A DNA stretch of 64,000 nt, taken from assembly GCA_964592105.1 (NCBI GenBank), contig CAZQBL010000013.1:17706-81705 (forward strand), in the 5' to 3' direction. The DNA is from an uncultured Gammaproteobacteria bacterium. Lineage in GTDB: Bacteria > Patescibacteriota > Patescibacteriia > UBA10025 > JAHIVO01. Below, one piece after another: positions 61,512 through 64,000 of the stretch (position 1 is the stretch's first letter; each line of letters starts with the position of its first letter). The notes below the pieces were generated by a model. The model did not search any database, was not told the DNA's origin, and saw only the letters and a program-made list of their open reading frames with translations. The translations under genes were made by a program, and so were the position numbers.

Positions 61512-63488
61512 TTACTGCCCCAATTTATTCAACTCATCCCAAGCCAGCTGAAAGCCCGGCATCAATCGCAAAGACTCCTGCCAATGATTCCGTGCCTGCT
61601 CAATATTACCCCGTTGTTGATAGGCCTGACCGACTAAAAAATTCTGCCAGGCCAACTGGTTGGGCAAATACGGATTGCTGGACACGGACACATCTTTATA
61701 ACGATCAATAACCGGTTGCAAAGTATCGATAACCAGTTCATATTTATCCTGGGAATAATAGAGAAAGGCCAAATCATAATAAAAATCCGGATGAAAAATC
61801 GGATCAAGCTCTATGGCGCGCTGGTAGGCCGCCTCTGCTTGGCTATACTCCTTTAACATGAAATACATCTTACCGGCTTCATAAAAAGAGAAATAATCTC
61901 CGGGATTATACTTAGAAATATTTTGAAATATTTTTTCGGCCTGGGCCGACAATTCGGGCAGTCTATCTTTGTCCGCGGCACCCTGCTGAAATAAGGCCTG
62001 GGCATAAGCGCGCTGCTTTTTTGGAGCCGGATCTAGTTTTACTGCCAAACTGTAAAACTCCGACGTGGCCGCTAAATCACCTTCAATTTTTTTCAATTCG
62101 GCACGATCCTCATAAGATTGGGACAAAAATAAAGTCAGACCGCGGACCAGGATAAAAAGACTGACAATCACCAAAGTTAATTTACTGATTATTTTTATAA
62201 TTGACCTAGTTGGTTTTTCTTCAGATATTTTTTCTGTTTCCGCAACGCTCTTTTGGCCCATGAATATTCCGCCGCTTATCCAGAAAAGCAAAAATACAGC
62301 CGGAAACTGCCAACCAAAATCAAACAAAGAATGGAAGCAGGAGCCCAGGAGACCCAAGGCCAACCCGAGTAAATAAGGACGCCGGCTATCATCAGTCCAA
62401 AATTTCTTTGTCGCCCGATAAACAACCACCAGCAAAGATATTATAAAACCCATCAAAGCCAAAAAACCGGCGATACCTGTCTCGGCCGCCGTCTGCAAAT
62501 AATAATTGTGGGCATAGCGGGGCTGTTCTAAGACAGAAAAAGCGTGCCGTGGATAGACCTGCTGAAAAGTCGCCAGTCCGGTGCCGGCTATGGGATTCTT
62601 CATGAAAATATCTAGAGCAGAATTAATAAAATTCCAGCGCTGCTCAAAGCTATAATTCAAATGAAAACTGGAAATTGTTTTGTGGAGCTGGACGGCCTGT
62701 TTGAAATCCCTGGAGTTTAAATAGCGCACTCCCACGGTTGCCACCAACAAGATGATTAAGACCCCCAAAAAAATTAAAATATTCTTTTTAGTAAACAATG
62801 ACTTCCAATAATAACCGATGATAATCGCTAATGGAATTACGAAGCTTACCCAAGCAGTAAGTGAAAAAGTCAGAACAAAGCCCAAAAGTATTATAACCGT
62901 ACCTAGCATCATAACACCCTTTAGTTTTTTATTTTCTTCGTCAAGGGTGAGGATAAGACCCAGTGGTGCGGCAAACAATAAATAACTACCCAGAGCGTTG
63001 GCATTTTGTAACAACCCGGCGGTTCTTTCGGCATGATCTTTTACGAATAAAAACAAACTGATCAGCGAGGCTGCCAGGCCGGTGAAAAAAATAGCCAGAG
63101 CAATAATTTTGATCTTCGAGAAATTCCTAAAAACGACACTGCCAACCCAGAATATTACGGCCAAAGACGTCAACAAAACCAGATAATGCCCACTATTGTA
63201 TTGCATTTGAGAAAAAAACGTCGTGACTAGTCCAACCCCCAGGAAAACCAATAAATAAAAAAATGGCGATTTAAAGTTAAAAATTACATCCCGGCTCTGT
63301 TGGCCATCACGCAGTAATAATAAAGTATAAAAAACTAAGGGAAAAACGACCACTAAGATAACAGCCATTAGCCAATTATTCCATTCACCGGAGAAAAACG
63401 ATGAAAAGACGATTAAAAATAAAAAAATGCCCAGAATAATGTTCTGGCGGAAAGAGGTGATATTTTGAGAAAGCTTATCTAAAAACAT
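61512..63488 (-). CDS. O-antigen ligase (Wzy_C)-domain membrane protein with C-terminal TPRs
   Basis: NANALGSY, R...PIAGTG, AHNYYLQ..AETGI.G, HSLFDF; TPR repeats; start set at MFLDK. Confidence 0.9.
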   Translation of the reverse strand: MFLDKLSQNITSFRQNIILGIFLFLIVFSSFFSGEWNNWLMAVILVVVFPLVFYTLLLLRDGQQSRDVIFNFKSPFFYLLVFLGVGLVTTFFSQMQYNSGHYLVLLTSLAVIFWVGSVVFRNFSKIKIIALAIFFTGLAASLISLFLFVKDHAERTAGLLQNANALGSYLLFAAPLGLILTLDEENKKLKGVMMLGTVIILLGFVLTFSLTAWVSFVIPLAIIIGYYWKSLFTKKNILIFLGVLIILLVATVGVRYLNSRDFKQAVQLHKTISSFHLNYSFEQRWNFINSALDIFMKNPIAGTGLATFQQVYPRHAFSVLEQPRYAHNYYLQTAAETGIAGFLALMGFIISLLVVVYRATKKFWTDDSRRPYLLGLALGLLGSCFHSLFDFGWQFPAVFLLFWISGGIFMGQKSVAETEKISEEKPTRSIIKIISKLTLVIVSLFILVRGLTLFLSQSYEDRAELKKIEGDLAATSEFYSLAVKLDPAPKKQRAYAQALFQQGAADKDRLPELSAQAEKIFQNISKYNPGDYFSFYEAGKMYFMLKEYSQAEAAYQRAIELDPIFHPDFYYDLAFLYYSQDKYELVIDTLQPVIDRYKDVSVSSNPYLPNQLAWQNFLVGQAYQQRGNIEQARNHWQESLRLMPGFQLAWDELNKLGQ

Positions 63489-63624
63489 GAAATTATTATA
63501 CCAGAAAAATCCCAAAAACGCATCATTTAAATTAATTCTAACTGGCTTTAGTCGGGTCAACCAACCATCTCACGCCACTGAAGTGGTTAGGACGATTGGA
63601 AAGTGGCTGTGAAAATAATACAAA

Positions 63625-63658
63625 AAGCGCCCCCCCGCTTGCCGCGGGGGAGACGCTT
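63625..63658 (-). terminator. Intrinsic terminator after pilin
   Basis: GC-rich CCCCCGC/GCGGGGG stem with A run on the plus strand. Confidence 0.6.
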
Positions 63659-63675
63659 GTCAATAAACTTACATA

Positions 63676-64000
63676 TTATGAATTACAAGTCACGTTTGCT
63701 CCAGTATAGTCTTCATTGCTTGTACCATCACCTTTGATGAAATACCAGTGAGTACCACTTCCTTTACCTTCGATCTGAGCATAGAGCACCCAATACGGAG
63801 TAGCGGCCCCCCCATTACATGCAGCATAATAATAGTGCTTAGGTGTTGCGGCTGTGGATTGAGGATCATCAGGAATTCTAGAAATATAATCTGGAGAAAG
63901 AGCGGCTAAAACAGTCGCGGCAACACCTGAACCTGTGGGATAAGTTGAGCCATAGTCGTCGGAATATAACACCAAACCGCTGCGGATCTGGCCTAGGTCT
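63676..64000 (-). CDS. Type IV pilin (probable major pilin), 3' part
   Basis: Frame open to the window edge: DLGQIRSGLVLYSDDYGSTYP...YISRIPDDP...; own terminator. Confidence 0.85.
   Translation of the reverse strand, partial: DLGQIRSGLVLYSDDYGSTYPTGSGVAATVLAALSPDYISRIPDDPQSTAATPKHYYYAACNGGAATPYWVLYAQIEGKGSGTHWYFIKGDGTSNEDYTGANVTCNS

Overview
Chromosomal segment of a Patescibacteria (CPR, probably Parcubacteria) genome. The taxonomy is inferred from the missing rpmD, SD-less housekeeping genes, extended r-proteins and many type IV pilins. TGA is used as stop, so the code is standard code 11. Most genes are on the minus strand. Left to right: DUF192 (partial), MraY/WecA-like transferase, ruvX, map, adk, secY, the spc/S10/str r-protein clusters with tuf and fusA, an M50 protease, rpmB, uppS, idi, an ECF sigma/anti-sigma locus with a MacB-type ABC transporter, a copper export cluster (copA, cupredoxin, HMA proteins), a decaying nucleotide-sanitising operon, orphans, upp and alkD. 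Then come tRNA-Pro(GGG) with a ~7.5 kb integrase-less defence island (Xre HTH, type I HsdR, fused HsdM-HsdS, OLD-family nuclease), orphans, ndk, a receiver protein, gatA/gatC, ligA and a type IV pilin cluster with pilD and an O-antigen-ligase/TPR protein. Most notable: (1) a (GA)6 tract between the two TRDs of the M-S fusion, whose alternative frame encodes a natural-looking half-S C-terminus; (2) the island's tRNA direct repeat plus 30-bp inverted termini; (3) three identical-spacing TGAAAK-N17-CGTAT promoters beside the ECF sigma; (4) candidate ribosome-arrest leader peptides; (5) amphipathic extensions on exit-tunnel proteins uL23 and uL22; (6) a structured RNA with anti-SD loops between gatC and ligA. 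No rRNA, CRISPR array, integrase or transposase was seen. All calls are by eye; no searches were run.
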